Part shown: piece after piece, positions 9,404-19,503 of the stretch
Position numbering within the stretch: position 1 is the stretch's first letter
How the letters are laid out: every line of letters starts with the position of its first letter
Source: Deltaproteobacteria bacterium
Lineage (GTDB): Bacteria > Myxococcota_A > UBA796 > SXON01
Direction of reading: 5' to 3'
Assembly: GCA_016875315.1 (NCBI GenBank)
Contig: VGRQ01000002.1
Span: 1 to 41,915, forward strand
DNA length: 41,915 nt
Position numbers and translations under genes: made by a program
The notes under the pieces: model-generated
Told to the model about the DNA's origin: nothing
Databases searched by the model: none
The model's input: the letters and a program-made list of their open reading frames with translations, nothing else

Positions 9404-12400
9404 TCACCATCCATCGCAGTTGTTGTCTGGGTCGGAAAGCGCGAGTGGCGCGGCTGCCGGGTTGTAGGAGGCATCCGAATCGTCGCAATCGGCACGCGCC
9501 GGCCAGCCATCGCCGTCGGCGTCGCCCCCGCACTCCGTGTCGCTCGGGTCGGCGCACACGAGGAAGCGACGATACGGCGACGCAGACGCCACGTCTCCGA
9601 ACCCGGCCGTGGGCATCCACCCGGGCAGCAGGTTGTCGTTGGCGAGCAGCTGCACCCGGGCTGGAAACGGATCGGCGGCGACGGCCGGATCGAGGGTGAG
9701 CGTGATGTCCACGCTGGCGGCAGAGAGCGCGTTCGGAATCGTGGTGGGGGCGCCCGCCTCGCAGCCTTCGAAGGGCGCGACGCCGGCAGTGCCATAGGCA
9801 CCGCAGTACACGAAGTAGGGAACGTTCGAGAAGCTCGGCGCGTCGATCAAACAGCCATTGGCCGTGCTGAGCTGCACCAACTGTACCTGGTCCACTGTGA
9901 GCAGGGCATCGACAGGTTCACAGGCGCCGGTGTCGAGGCAGGCGGAGGTGTCGGCCTCGGCCCGGGTCACGGCCAGGAGAGGTGTACCCTCACGATTGCC
10001 CCGCACCCACTCGGTGTAGAACGTGGGTTCTGCAAGCCAGGTGCTGATCAACTCGTCCACCGTGGCGGCCGAGCGGTTGTCGGTTCGCTCGAAGAACGCG
10101 ACGAGGTTGGCCCAGAAGCCGGGCTCGCTGCCGCCGTGCGCCCGGTAGGTCCAGTACAGTTGCATGAGGGAATAGGGCCCGAACATGTAGGCAACGCTGT
10201 CGTCGGCGCCGTCTAGCTCCATATCGTCGGCCGAGTTGGCGCAGGTGGCGGTCGCGAGCGCCAGCGCGGCGTCGTAGGGCTCATCCTGTCCCTCCGCACC
10301 ATAGGAGGAGAACACCGGCTGGTCGCCGAGGCGCATCCACGTCAACAACGTGGGCACGCCCTCCACCACCCACCTGGCGCCCGCGTCGTAGGGCGGCTGC
10401 GGCTGCACCCGGAACGCCGTCGCCTGGTGGGCAATCTCGTGTAGCGCGGTGGCCCGCGCATAGTAGAGGGGCACGCCGTCGGCATGCGCGGCCCAGGTCA
10501 CGGTGAGGCCGGGGAATGCCTCCCCGTTGGCCGAGTCGCCGACCGCCGGGTCGGTCCACGCCACCTCCTCGGCGGCGCTGCGCGCCAGCACGAGCACGTT
10601 CACCGGCGAGCCTGGCAGCGCGGCCACGGTGGCCTCCAGCCAGTCGAGGTCGGCCTGCGCCGTGCCGTCGTCGAGGAAGTCGGCGTACGCAGACGCCGGC
10701 CGGTCGATGGCCGGGTCGATCCACACCGGGAGCGAGGACGCCGACGCCGACGTTAGCGTGGTGATCCGCGAGAGCCCCTCGGCAGCGATGAGCAGCGGCA
10801 TGTGCGTGTGCGACTCGCTGCCACGCTCCAGGTTGGCGAGCCCGGAGAAGGTGGTGAGCGCCGTGTCGGGCGCGCCCGGCGCCACGCCCTGCCAACCGGC
10901 GGGGAGCGTGAAGGTGGTGGTGGGCGCGAGGTCGGTCGCCGTGCCGAGGCTGCCGGGGACGACGGGGACTGCGGCGAGGATGACCACGTCGGTGCGCTCG
11001 TCGTCCGGCGTGGCGGTGTCGTCGCCGCCCGTCTGGTAGCGACACAGCGAGGCGTCCTTTCGCTTGTTCTCGACGCAATCGGTGAACCCTCCCTCCTCCA
11101 CCGGCAAGCTCTCCCACTCCACCGCCACCTGCACGTCCATCCCCTCCGTGACGATCCTCGGCAGTCGCGCGTACACGGTCGTGAAGCCGTCGCCTGTGGG
11201 CACCTGGTAGTGCGGCTCGATCGTGTAGCTCGCCCCCGTGTCTGGGTACGTCACCACCACCTGTAGCGTGGCGATCTCGGTGGCACTCTCCGTCGCCACC
11301 AGGAAGATCGCGTCCTCCGCGAAGCACTCGCTCCCCGACGCGCACGCCACGCTGAACGCATAGGATCCGCCCACCCTCCAGGTGCTCCCGTCGTGCCCAA
11401 GGGTGGCGTTCACCGCGTGGGCGGTGAGGGTGCTTCCGGAGAGGGTGCCCTCGGTGCGCTCGAGGTTCTGGTCGCCGGCCAGCGGGTCGGCCGCGTAGGT
11501 GTACACGATATCGTCGGTCCCGCCGCCAAACAGGAACGCGGTGCGCGTGACCGGGTCGTACGCGGCGGCGCCGCCGGACACCCCACCCCACGGCTCGGAG
11601 GGCGCCCAGAGCGTGCGCGCGCCGGCCGAGGTGTCCCAGGCCGAGATGTCGGACAGCTCTCCCCAGGGGTCCTCGCCGCCCCACACCAGCACCTGCTCGT
11701 CGCCGAACCAGGTCGCGGCCGCGTAGATCCGCTGTCCGATGTCGCCCTGCCCGTCCCAGGTGCCCGCGCCCGCATCGTACACGGCCACGTTGTCCCAGCC
11801 GTCAACCAGCCCGGCGGTCGCCGAGCTGTAGGCTCGGTCGCCCTCGATCCAGTCCGAGCTCGCCTGCATGCAGAAGTTGCAGATGTCGCCGGGTGCACCA
11901 TCCGCGAACTCGCAGCGGAGCTGGTGCTGGCGCCCCCTGCCGAGATCCTGGTGCAGCGTGCCGCCGACTTGCACGAGGGAGCCGGTGCCCGAGAACGCGT
12001 GGCTGGAGAAGCTCCACCAGGGGCCGGTGACGGCGCCGGCCGCGCCGCGCCGCCCGTGGGTGCTGTCGGGGGGCACCGCAGTGCCGGCGCTGGCGCTCTC
12101 GGGGTAGCCGTCAAGGCTGGCCGCGCTCCCGTCTACCACGATGAGCGGGTCGGCCGAGGCCGTCGCGAGGTGCTCGTCGGCATCGTCGTCGAGCCCGGCC
12201 ACGACGGACCACGCCGAGCAGTCGCCCTCGCAGCCAGTGGTGCCCCCGGCGATGAGAACGTCTCCGGAGTTGGGGTCGAGACCCAGGGCGAACTCGGCCA
12301 GGCCGGCCACGTTCGCGCTGTCATAGGCCCCCGTCTCCGCGCTGCCGCCGCTCAGGCAGATGGGGTCCTCCGCGCAGGCGGGCTGGTAGTAGTCGTTGTC

Positions 12401-13117
12401 CATTTCAGTGCCATCGCAGCGGAGCGTGGCAAGGCACGGGTTGGCGCTCGCGAAGGTTTTCACGTTGGAGAGGTAGAATGTACCCGAGCTACAGAGGTCG
12501 TCGTCGCAGTCTTCATCGTGCTCGAAGATGCCCTCGCCCAGGCACTCGCCCAGGCGACCGGCCATGGCGGAGGAGTAGGCACAGGGCACCTGCCGGAAGG
12601 AACTGTTGCAGTCGAGCGAGGGCCAGTAGCCCGCGTTGCTCGGCGTCGTGTCGCCGAGGTCGCTGGCGGCGTACTCGATGCTCGGCAGGGTGGTGAGGCT
12701 CGACCAGCCCAGTCCCGACGCCAGGTCGCCCGGCTCGGCCGACCACACGCCGTCACTCGCGGCCGTGGCGGCCGCCTCGTCGAGGTAGCCGGGCGCGAAC
12801 ACGAAGCGCTCGCGGGTGGGGTCCCATGCTAGCCCACCCGAGAAGCTAGCGATCCCCGAGTTGCCGAGCGAGATCCACGGGCAGGCCCCCGTCCCGAGGT
12901 GCGTGAGGTCCAGGAGCCATTCGTCGTCGAGCACCGCGCCGCTGCTCTCGTCCACGCCGCCGTGCAACAGCACGCCCCTCTGCACCCATCGCTCGCTCCC
13001 GCCGCTGCCGAAGTCCACCGGGGACTCGACGAAGAACCACGCCATCGAGTGGTAGCGGCGAGGTTCCGGCACGGCCGACCCGCAGGCCGCCGCGTCGGCG
13101 CTCAGGTTACCGACCAC
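9404..13117 (-). CDS. Giant secreted Kelch-like / HExxH metallopeptidase-like / MopE-repeat protein (main reading frame; its natural N-terminus appears to be the out-of-frame segment 13107-13220)
   Basis: Kelch-like units (RRYHSMAWF...LLHGG...DDEWLLDL; VLVWGG...ISAWD). HExxH motif in ATALHEIAHQA. C-terminal CGGDADGDGWPARADCDDSDASYNPAA...DNNCDGW. As drawn, the frame begins MVGNLSADAAAC and has no signal peptide. Confidence 0.8.
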   Translation of the reverse strand: MVGNLSADAAACGSAVPEPRRYHSMAWFFVESPVDFGSGGSERWVQRGVLLHGGVDESSGAVLDDEWLLDLTHLGTGACPWISLGNSGIASFSGGLAWDPTRERFVFAPGYLDEAAATAASDGVWSAEPGDLASGLGWSSLTTLPSIEYAASDLGDTTPSNAGYWPSLDCNSSFRQVPCAYSSAMAGRLGECLGEGIFEHDEDCDDDLCSSGTFYLSNVKTFASANPCLATLRCDGTEMDNDYYQPACAEDPICLSGGSAETGAYDSANVAGLAEFALGLDPNSGDVLIAGGTTGCEGDCSAWSVVAGLDDDADEHLATASADPLIVVDGSAASLDGYPESASAGTAVPPDSTHGRRGAAGAVTGPWWSFSSHAFSGTGSLVQVGGTLHQDLGRGRQHQLRCEFADGAPGDICNFCMQASSDWIEGDRAYSSATAGLVDGWDNVAVYDAGAGTWDGQGDIGQRIYAAATWFGDEQVLVWGGEDPWGELSDISAWDTSAGARTLWAPSEPWGGVSGGAAAYDPVTRTAFLFGGGTDDIVYTYAADPLAGDQNLERTEGTLSGSTLTAHAVNATLGHDGSTWRVGGSYAFSVACASGSECFAEDAIFLVATESATEIATLQVVVTYPDTGASYTIEPHYQVPTGDGFTTVYARLPRIVTEGMDVQVAVEWESLPVEEGGFTDCVENKRKDASLCRYQTGGDDTATPDDERTDVVILAAVPVVPGSLGTATDLAPTTTFTLPAGWQGVAPGAPDTALTTFSGLANLERGSESHTHMPLLIAAEGLSRITTLTSASASSLPVWIDPAIDRPASAYADFLDDGTAQADLDWLEATVAALPGSPVNVLVLARSAAEEVAWTDPAVGDSANGEAFPGLTVTWAAHADGVPLYYARATALHEIAHQATAFRVQPQPPYDAGARWVVEGVPTLLTWMRLGDQPVFSSYGAEGQDEPYDAALALATATCANSADDMELDGADDSVAYMFGPYSLMQLYWTYRAHGGSEPGFWANLVAFFERTDNRSAATVDELISTWLAEPTFYTEWVRGNREGTPLLAVTRAEADTSACLDTGACEPVDALLTVDQVQLVQLSTANGCLIDAPSFSNVPYFVYCGAYGTAGVAPFEGCEAGAPTTIPNALSAASVDITLTLDPAVAADPFPARVQLLANDNLLPGWMPTAGFGDVASASPYRRFLVCADPSDTECGGDADGDGWPARADCDDSDASYNPAAAPLALSDPDNNCDGW

Positions 13118-13220
13118 GCCTCCCGAGGAACCAGCCGGGGGGGGGGGATGATCCAGTATCTACGCCGTCTTTTCCGTCTACGCCGGTACAAGCATCGAGC
13201 AGCAGCAGCCCGAAGAGCAT
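13107..13220 (-). CDS. Orphan 5' segment encoding a lipoprotein signal peptide (MLFGLLLLDAC...), separated from the giant ORF by a frameshift in a C11 tract
   Basis: SD AGGAGG lies 4 nt upstream of the ATG at 13220. Translation is MLFGLLLLDACTGVDGKDGVDTGSSPPPGWFLGRRGR*. Deleting one C from the tract fuses it to ...PPPAGSSGGVVGNLSADAAAC of the 9404-13117 frame. Confidence 0.7.
   Translation of the reverse strand: MLFGLLLLDACTGVDGKDGVDTGSSPPPGWFLGRRGR
13137..13147. repeat. Homopolymer G11 (C11 on the coding strand)
   Basis: Counted directly: ccagcc + 11 g + atg. It is one of only two runs of 8 nt or longer that I found in the window. Confidence 0.95.
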
Positions 13221-13317
13221 CACGCCTCCTGCGCCGTGGAGTGTAATCCACGGCACCGGGCGCCTGTCAAGTGCCAGGCCGGGAGGACGCGCCGAGCGCC
13301 CTCCCGCCCGGGCTTCC

Positions 13318-14868
<1,551 letters not shown>

Positions 14869-14908
14869 GCAAACCTCGGGAGAAAGAAACGCCGCCCCTC
14901 GGGACGAC

Positions 14909-14930
14909 TCCATCCGTATATCCGCATGGA
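14909..14930. promoter_or_regulatory. Imperfect 22-bp palindrome TCCATcCGtATATcCGcATGGA in the ahcY/sahR divergent intergenic region (candidate SahR operator)
   Basis: 18 of 22 positions are self-complementary, centred on ATAT. It overlaps a second dyad, CATCCG(14911-16)/CGGATG(14931-36). It lies 41 nt from the ahcY ATG and 35 nt from the regulator ATG. Confidence 0.4.
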
Positions 14931-14964
14931 CGGATGAACCGCAAGGGGGTACAGGCTCACCGCC

Positions 14965-15903
14965 ATGAACGGTAGCGTGTACGACCGTCTCAGTTGCCTC
15001 GCGGAGCCACTCCGGGTGCGCATCCTGCGCCTCCTGGAGCGCGAGGAGCTCGCCGTGGGCGAGCTTTCACGGGTGTTGCAGTCGCCGCAGCCCACCGTGA
15101 GTCGCCACCTGAAGCAGCTCGACGAGGGGGGCTGGGTGCAGCGTCGCCGGGCGGGCACCGCCGCCTACTTCCGCCTCGCGGCGCTGGGCGAGGCCGCGCC
15201 CCTGTGGTCGGTGGTGCGCGACGCGATCGACGAGGAGGAGCCTGCCGCCTTCGCCGACGACCTGCGTCGCCTCGACCGGGTGCTCGCCGCGCGCGCGGGC
15301 GACAGCGAGGCCCTGTTCCGCCGCCTCGGCGGCCAGTGGGACGCCGTGCGCCACGACCTCTTCGGCGAGGCCTTCGTGCTCCCGGCGCTGTTGTCGATGC
15401 TCCCGCCGGGCCTCGTGGTGGCCGACCTCGGCTGCGGCACCGGCGGCACCCTGCCCCTGCTCGCGCCGGTGGCGGCGCGGGTGATCGGCATCGACCGAGA
15501 GGAGGCGATGCTGGAGGTGGCGGCCTCCCGCGCCGAGGGCCTCGCCCACGTGGAGCTTCGCCGCGGCCAGCTCCACGCGCTGCCCCTCGCCCCGGCCGAG
15601 ATCGACGTGGCGCTGTGCCAGCTCGTCTTGCACCACGTGGCCGATCTGTCCCCGGTGTTCGCCGAGTTTCGCCGCGTGCTCCGCCCGGGCGGGCGGGTGG
15701 TGGTGCTCGACATGGTGGAGCACGACCGCGAGGACTACCGCAGCACGATGGGGCACCAGCACCTCGGGTTCAGCCGGGGTGCGCTCGAGTCCCTCGCTCG
15801 CGGCGCTGGACTGTCGCTCGCGAGCTACCGGGCGCTGCCGGTCGACCCGGCGGCGCTGGGGCCGGGGTTGTTCGTGGGTGTGGCCACGCGCGGAACGACG
15901 TAG
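14965..15903 (+). CDS. sahR: ArsR-family wHTH fused to a SAM-dependent methyltransferase-like domain (SahR-type regulator of the SAM/SAH cycle)
   Basis: N-terminal ArsR HTH ([41 protein letters not shown]). C-terminal class-I MTase motif I ([10 protein letters not shown]) and motif [11 protein letters not shown]. It is divergent from ahcY, which is the known SahR genomic context. Confidence 0.7.
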   Translation: MNGSVYDRLSCLAEPLRVRILRLLEREELAVGELSRVLQSPQPTVSRHLKQLDEGGWVQRRRAGTAAYFRLAALGEAAPLWSVVRDAIDEEEPAAFADDLRRLDRVLAARAGDSEALFRRLGGQWDAVRHDLFGEAFVLPALLSMLPPGLVVADLGCGTGGTLPLLAPVAARVIGIDREEAMLEVAASRAEGLAHVELRRGQLHALPLAPAEIDVALCQLVLHHVADLSPVFAEFRRVLRPGGRVVVLDMVEHDREDYRSTMGHQHLGFSRGALESLARGAGLSLASYRALPVDPAALGPGLFVGVATRGTT

Positions 15904-16120
15904 GCGCGGGGCGACCGGTGGGTTGTCACGTGGCCGCGGTCGCTCGCGTCGATGTCGGACAGGGCCCCGTCAGGCACCCCTTGACAGCGATCGAGCGGGG
16001 GAGATGCTTGCCCGCAGCGCTGGCCGCTTCCCCGCGGCCGTCGCGAGGGACGGCTACGCGCGCTTGCCGGAGTCGCCTTTTTTCGGGCGTGTGCCCCTGG
16101 AGCCGCAGTGTCCCGCCCGG

Positions 16121-16140
16121 GTTTGGCACTTGTTTGGCAC
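16121..16140. promoter_or_regulatory. Direct repeat GTTTGGCAC x2 (11-bp register) upstream of the antitoxin gene; candidate TA operator
   Basis: gtttggcacttgtttggcac read directly. It sits about 55 nt upstream of the antitoxin ATG. Confidence 0.3.
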
Positions 16141-16195
16141 GAAAGTCGGTGCTATCGTCAGTACCCTCCTTGGACTGAACTTGCCGACCCTGAAG

Positions 16196-16471
16196 ATGAG
16201 CGAGGACTTGCGCCCGCTGACCGACCTGAAGTCCGAGGCCGGGGACATCGTGGGCCAGGTCGAGCGGACTGGCCGGCCCGTGGTGATCACCCGGCACGGC
16301 CGCGGTGTCGCCGTGATCCTCTCGCTAGCGGCGTTCGAGGAAATGCAGGCCCGCATGGAGACCGGCGACCTCCGTCGCGCCCTGGCCGAGGGGGAGGAAG
16401 ACGTGCGCGCGGGTCGCCTGCTGACCCACGCCGAGGTCGCCAGCCGGCACGGTCGGGCCGCGCGTGGGTGA
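16196..16471 (+). CDS. Type II antitoxin, Phd/YefM family
   Basis: LRPLTDLKSEAGDIVGQVERTGRPVVITRHGRGVAVILSLAAFEEMQ is the typical Phd/YefM N-domain. It overlaps the toxin start by 8 nt. Confidence 0.75.
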   Translation: MSEDLRPLTDLKSEAGDIVGQVERTGRPVVITRHGRGVAVILSLAAFEEMQARMETGDLRRALAEGEEDVRAGRLLTHAEVASRHGRAARG

Positions 16472-16787
16472 CCTGCGGGTCGAGGTCCTGTGGACCGAGC
16501 GTGCCGCGCGCGACCTGGGCCGTGCCATTGGTTTCGCCGAGGAGCGGGGCCAACGCGCGGCGGATCGCGTGGCCCGACAGGTCCTGGAGCGGGTGGATCT
16601 CCTCGCGTCCCAGCCCGAGCTAGGCTCGCCGGTCGAACTGGACGCGGAGCCGACTCTCTATCGCAGGCTGGTGGCGGGCCCGTACTCGGTCTACTACCGG
16701 GTGGCAAGGGGGGTCGAGGTCACCGAGGTGATCGTGGTTCGCGTGTGGCACTCGTCGAGGGACCCGGCCACGCTCGTGCTCGAGTAG
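16464..16787 (+). CDS. Type II toxin, ParE/RelE family
   Basis: 107 aa. The C-terminal part, YRRLVAGPYSVYYRVARGVEVTEVIVVRVWHSSRDP, is typical of ParE/RelE. It is translationally coupled to the antitoxin gene. Confidence 0.8.
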   Translation: MGDLRVEVLWTERAARDLGRAIGFAEERGQRAADRVARQVLERVDLLASQPELGSPVELDAEPTLYRRLVAGPYSVYYRVARGVEVTEVIVVRVWHSSRDPATLVLE

Positions 16788-16952
16788 GAGGCGAGCTTCG
16801 AGGGGGCCGGGCGCGTGCCAGATAGCCAGGTGACTCCGGCAAGCGCGTTGCAGTCCCTCGCGACAGGCGCGGGGCAGCCGCCCGAAACCTCGGAGGTGGA
16901 CCGGGGGACCGCCTTTGCCGCTTGCGCGCGACCGCGCGCCCCCGTCGGCGCG

Positions 16953-17699
16953 CTACCCCATCCAAGCCCCGCCGTTGACATCGATCCCCTGCCCGGTGAC
17001 ACACGAGGCCGCGGGCGACATCAACCACGCCACCACCCCGGCGATCTCGTCGGGGGTGCCCATCCGCCCGAGGGGAACGGCGCTCATCGCCCGGCGGTGG
17101 GCCTCCTCGCGGCTCACGCCCATCGCCTGGGCCATGCCCTCGATGCCCGACCAGGCCATGTCGGTGTCCACCCAGCCGGGGCAGATGGCGTTCACCAGCA
17201 CCCCCTGCGGCGCCAGTTCCAGCGCCATCGCGCGGGTGAGCCCGAGCAGGGCCGCCTTCGACGCGCAGTAGCCGGTGTAGCCGGGCACGCCGAAGCGGGC
17301 GAGCACGCTCGCGATCACGATGAAGTAGCGCCGGTCGGGGCCGGGCGCGAGGTGGCGCTCGGCGGCGCGCAGCGTGTTGTAGGCGCCGGTGAGGTTGGTG
17401 GCCACGATCTCGTCGAAGCGGTCGCCCTCGCCGGGGGCGTTGGCCCCGCCGATGCCGGCGGCGGCCACCACCGCGAACACCGGCCCGTTCACCTCCGCGG
17501 CCTGCGCGAAGGCAGCGTTGACCGCGGCACGATCCGACACGTCGCAAGGCAGGCCGAGCACGCCGTCGAGACCGGCCAGCAACTCCGCCCGGCGAGCGAG
17601 ACCGGTCACCTTCGCGCCATCGGCGACCATCCTGAGGGCAATGGCGCGGCCGATACCGCTGGAAGCGCCGGTGACGAGCACGTGGGGGGCAGTAGACAA
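16953..17699 (-). CDS. Short-chain dehydrogenase/reductase (FabG-like)
   Basis: TGASSGIGRAIA cofactor motif, catalytic YCASKAAL, and LVNAICPGWVDTDM. Confidence 0.9.
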   Translation of the reverse strand: MSTAPHVLVTGASSGIGRAIALRMVADGAKVTGLARRAELLAGLDGVLGLPCDVSDRAAVNAAFAQAAEVNGPVFAVVAAAGIGGANAPGEGDRFDEIVATNLTGAYNTLRAAERHLAPGPDRRYFIVIASVLARFGVPGYTGYCASKAALLGLTRAMALELAPQGVLVNAICPGWVDTDMAWSGIEGMAQAMGVSREEAHRRAMSAVPLGRMGTPDEIAGVVAWLMSPAASCVTGQGIDVNGGAWMG

Positions 17700-17746
17700 G
17701 GAGGCTCCGCGGGGGACGGCGCCTTATCGGGGTCGTGCTCGCCGAC

Positions 17747-17764
17747 CACGCGAAACCCGCGCGA
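17747..17764. repeat. 18-bp sequence CCACGCGAAACCCGCGCG (copy 1; contains a CGCG-aaacc-CGCG hairpin)
   Basis: An identical 18-mer recurs at 21880-21897. The two copies bracket the S8 protease/paralog module. Confidence 0.8.
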
Positions 17765-17776
17765 CCGACGGCCACG

Positions 17777-18664
17777 CTACCAGTCGGGCGCCTGCCAGAT
17801 CGGGTCGGCGCAGTTGACACGACGCACGATCTCGATGGTGTACCTGGCGGTGCCCACGGTGGGCTGCATGGCGTACTCCACCTGGAGCAGCCGGTGGTCG
17901 TAGGTGCCGTCCTCGCCGAAGTCGGCCTTGGTGTCAATACGGCAGGTCCGGTAGGTCCACAGGTCGTCCGTGGCGTGGGAGCCGACGGCGAAGGGGATGC
18001 TCCAGTCGTAGTCACCGTCGTCACTGGCGAATCGGTAGACCTCGAGCGTGCGCGCGAGGTCGAAGAACGCCGACCGGTCGGCAGGTATCGCTGTCACCGT
18101 CCAGAGGGGGTCGATCGTTCGCACGCCGGAATCCGACTCGAAGAGACTGCCCACGTCGGCCATCTGCGAGAACACGGTGCACCTTGGGACGCGGAAGGCA
18201 CGCCTGGTGCTCTCGGTGCGGTCCCAGATCACGTCGATCCAACGTGGATCGGTTGTGTCGGTCGAGTCGTAGAGCTCGGCATCCGCTCCGACGCCCCTCT
18301 CGAAGATCGCGAGCGCGTCTGTCTCGGAGTCCGCGCACCACACACCGTCATCCCTCAGGAGCCCCGGCGCATACCACACGGACGTCGGCTCGCCGAATCG
18401 CCACAACCAGTCCGGGGCCTGCGTGTTGCCGTCGAGCCACTCGGTGTAGTACCGGCTCGCCCAGCCGGCGCAGAACGCCTCGTCGCTGATGCTCGGAGCG
18501 CACTGTGGCAGGCCGTCGTCGTCGAACTGCACGCTGGCGTAGGGCAACTCGCTGGCCACCGAGTCTGTTCCCGACGAGTCGGCTTGGCAGGCAAGAAGAT
18601 GGACAAGGAAGCCCGCACGCGCGTCCAGTGACGGCCACCTGCCCCGTCGGATGATGACTACCAA
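17777..18664 (-). CDS. Hypothetical Cys-containing lipoprotein, paralog 2 of a tandem pair
   Basis: The C-terminal 78 aa are identical to the upstream paralog except for one substitution (R/K). The proposed TTG start at 18664 gives MVVIIRRGRWPSLDARAGFLVHLLAC. No ATG or GTG is available after the upstream stop, so the start is uncertain. Confidence 0.6.
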   Translation of the reverse strand: MVVIIRRGRWPSLDARAGFLVHLLACQADSSGTDSVASELPYASVQFDDDGLPQCAPSISDEAFCAGWASRYYTEWLDGNTQAPDWLWRFGEPTSVWYAPGLLRDDGVWCADSETDALAIFERGVGADAELYDSTDTTDPRWIDVIWDRTESTRRAFRVPRCTVFSQMADVGSLFESDSGVRTIDPLWTVTAIPADRSAFFDLARTLEVYRFASDDGDYDWSIPFAVGSHATDDLWTYRTCRIDTKADFGEDGTYDHRLLQVEYAMQPTVGTARYTIEIVRRVNCADPIWQAPDW

Positions 18665-19503
18665 TCTGGCGCCTGCCAGATCGGGTCGGCGCAGTTGACG
18701 CGACGCACGATCTCGATGGTGTACTTGGCGGTGCCCACGGTGGGCTGCATGGCGTACTCCACCTGGAGCAGCCGGTGGTCGTAGGTGCCGTCCTCGCCGA
18801 AGTCGGCCTTGGTGTCGATCCGGCAGGTCCGGTAGGTCCACAGGTCGTCCGTGGCGTGGGAGCCCACAGCGAAGGGGATGCTCCAGTCGTAGAAGCCGTC
18901 GGATGCGACGCGGCGATAAACCTCCAACACTCGGGCAACGTCGAAGAACGACTCCCGGCTCGCCGGAACGGTGGCGTACGTCCAGAGCGGATCGATGGTG
19001 CGCGCCCCAGACTCGGCCTCGAAGAGCCGACCGACGTCGTACATCTGCGAGAAGACACTGCAGCGAGGGACACGAAACACGTTCCAGGACACCTCGGTCT
19101 GGCCGAAGATCAGGTCAATCCAACGGGGATCCGATGAATCAGTCGAGTCGAAATACTCCGCGGACCCCGGCCAGATTCTGCTGAACACGGCGAAGGCCTC
19201 TTCGTCGGTGTCGGCACACCACGCGCCGTCGTCCTCCACCCCGCCAGCGGAGAACCACACCATCGGCGGATCATCGAATCGAGTCAACCAGTCGGGAGAC
19301 ATCGGACTCCCCTCAACCCATCCGGTGTAGTAGCGGCTGGCCCACCCTGCGCAGAACGCCTCGTCGCTGATGCTCGCCGCGCACTCCGGCAGGCCGTCGT
19401 CGTCGAACTGCACGCTGGCGTAGGGCAACTCGCTGGCCACCGAGTCTGTTCCCGACGAACCGGCGTGGCAGGCGAGAAGATACACCGTCACCAGGGAGGT
19501 CAC
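18658..19503 (-). CDS. Hypothetical Cys-containing lipoprotein, paralog 1 of a tandem pair
   Basis: The GTG at 19503 overlaps the protease stop (GTGA) and gives (M)TSLVTVYLLAC. Conserved blocks are SSGTDSVASELPYASVQFDDDGLP.CA.SISDEAFCAGWASRYYT and YDWSIPFAVGSHATDDLWTYRTCRIDTKADFGEDGTYDHRLLQVEYAMQPTVGTA.YTIEIVRRVNCADPIWQAPDW. Confidence 0.6.
   Translation of the reverse strand: MTSLVTVYLLACHAGSSGTDSVASELPYASVQFDDDGLPECAASISDEAFCAGWASRYYTGWVEGSPMSPDWLTRFDDPPMVWFSAGGVEDDGAWCADTDEEAFAVFSRIWPGSAEYFDSTDSSDPRWIDLIFGQTEVSWNVFRVPRCSVFSQMYDVGRLFEAESGARTIDPLWTYATVPASRESFFDVARVLEVYRRVASDGFYDWSIPFAVGSHATDDLWTYRTCRIDTKADFGEDGTYDHRLLQVEYAMQPTVGTAKYTIEIVRRVNCADPIWQAPDW

Noticed and set aside
14869-14964. 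Possible SAH riboswitch in the ahcY leader (CCGAGGGGCGGCG resembles the 5' part of the SAH element)
   Set aside because: The resemblance lies only about 35 nt from the ATG. I could not find the pseudoknot partner segments of the roughly 80-nt motif. The adjacent SahR-type regulator provides an alternative control mechanism. A covariance-model search (Rfam SAH_riboswitch) would settle the question.
15981-16009. Sigma-70-like TTGACA-17 nt-ATGCTT, and a T6 run (16079-16084), in the sahR / antitoxin gap
   Set aside because: The -10 match is weak. The T-run is not preceded by a convincing GC hairpin. I cannot support a promoter or terminator call from sequence alone.
16124-16140. Sigma-54 promoter (TGGCAC-N5-TGGCA)
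   Set aside because: The -12 element is TGGCA rather than TTGCA/T, and the match arises simply because GTTTGGCAC is directly repeated. I interpret it as a possible TA operator instead. Confidence is low either way.
17777-19503. Diversity-generating retroelement as the cause of the variable centre of the tandem paralogs
   Set aside because: No reverse transcriptase, template repeat or adenine-specific mismatch pattern is visible in the window. The differences are spread over all base types.
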